Source: an uncultured Gemmatimonadaceae bacterium (GTDB taxonomy: Bacteria > Gemmatimonadota > Gemmatimonadetes > Gemmatimonadales > GWC2-71-9). From it: DNA of 64,000 nucleotides. How positions within the stretch are numbered: the stretch's first letter is position 1; each line of letters begins with the position of its first letter. Location of the stretch: NCBI GenBank assembly GCA_964647615.1, contig CAZYIV010000006.1, positions 3,679 through 67,678 of the forward strand, given 5' to 3'. The translations under genes were made by a program, and so were the position numbers. This document shows, piece after piece, positions 63,678 to 64,000 of this stretch. The notes beneath the pieces are model-generated. The model saw only the letters and a program-made list of their open reading frames with translations, searched no databases and had not been told where the DNA came from.

Positions 63678-64000
63678 CTACTGCTCGGTGTCCGGGTCGG
63701 GCGGGATCGCCACGCCGTCCGGCCGCGGCGTTGCGGCCCCGATCCGCGTCAGGGTGACCGGCTTGGCCAGGTCCCCGCCCGAGAGGGTGAGCTTCGTCTT
63801 GTCCACCTTGAGGCGGTAGGTCACCCACTCGCCGCCCAGCGCGATCATCACGCTGTCCGGCTTGAGCCGCCAGCGCACCGTCTCCTTGCCCCAGCTGGCG
63901 CTGGAGTCGTCGCGCACGATCACCTCGCGCGGCGCGTCCTGGCGGTTCTGGTCGCGCAGATCGGCCTTCCAGGTGCCGACGATCGGGTGCGGGCTCTGGG
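63678..64000 (-). CDS. hypothetical protein (partial; N-terminus beyond the window end)
   Basis: Track ORF 63678..63923 continues open in frame to position 64000 (...QSPHPIVGTWKADLRDQNRQDAPREVIVRDDSSASWGKETVRWRL...). High GC3. The GTW motif hints at a lipocalin-like domain, but this is not established. Confidence 0.5.
   Translation of the reverse strand, partial: QSPHPIVGTWKADLRDQNRQDAPREVIVRDDSSASWGKETVRWRLKPDSVMIALGGEWVTYRLKVDKTKLTLSGGDLAKPVTLTRIGAATPRPDGVAIPPDPDTEQ

Overview
This is a very GC-rich bacterial chromosomal segment; third codon positions are almost all G/C, so long spurious ORFs open on both strands. It is densely packed with about 68 protein genes and 3 tRNAs, and it is dominated by core housekeeping functions. 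I found no transposase, integrase, CRISPR array or recognisable defence genes. The protein families present (FCB-type LptE-like lipoprotein, DUF5683-like, PD40/Omp85 fusion, TMTC-like GT-C) suggest a Gemmatimonadota-like or FCB-group organism. That is inference only and needs a database search.

Gene layout:
- 1-27290, almost entirely minus strand: hutU (partial), a class V PLP enzyme, a TMTC-like TPR membrane protein, one plus-strand orphan ORF, a repeat lipoprotein with a di-haem peroxidase, a serA / aminotransferase / serB / MATE cluster, tRNA-Arg, a DUF6702-like / M1 peptidase / HupE trio, and tRNA-Pro. These are followed by a 12-gene overlapping string: VKOR, cytochrome c, rdgB, rph, hldC, an antiporter, and an envelope module ending with a ybgC-like thioesterase.
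- 27413-28809, plus strand: lpxH and a coupled unknown ORF.
- 28816-47420, minus strand: murI, ltaE, a lipid kinase, a candidate tRNA-Sec, ridA, fhs, tatD, secDF, ribF, truB, rbfA, infB, nusA, rimP, pgeF and murA.
- 47475-51635, plus strand: four coupled genes (DUF948-like, Zn-phospholipase-C-like, membrane Ser/Thr kinase, M23 peptidase).
- 51702-60148, minus strand: gatCAB, pcrA, an orphan histidine kinase, serS and a lipoprotein.
- 60267-63618, plus strand: Roadblock/LC7, a mannose-1-P guanylyltransferase-like gene, an LbH protein and an MBL hydrolase.

Observations most worth a second look:
1. An overlapping envelope module built around a 940-aa peptidase-MA / TolB-propeller / Omp85-barrel fusion.
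2. The kinase / phospholipase / M23 four-gene module.
3. A 95-nt tRNA with a UCA anticodon and Sec-type architecture.
4. Four operon-leading genes whose -10 hexamer sits exactly 6 nt from the start codon, which predicts leaderless mRNAs.
5. A consensus promoter followed by a perfect intrinsic terminator immediately upstream of rimP-nusA-infB.
6. A four-repeat lipoprotein translationally coupled to a di-haem peroxidase, bracketed by a shared promoter-like motif.

Nothing here can be called a novel system from sequence alone. All functional links are inference.
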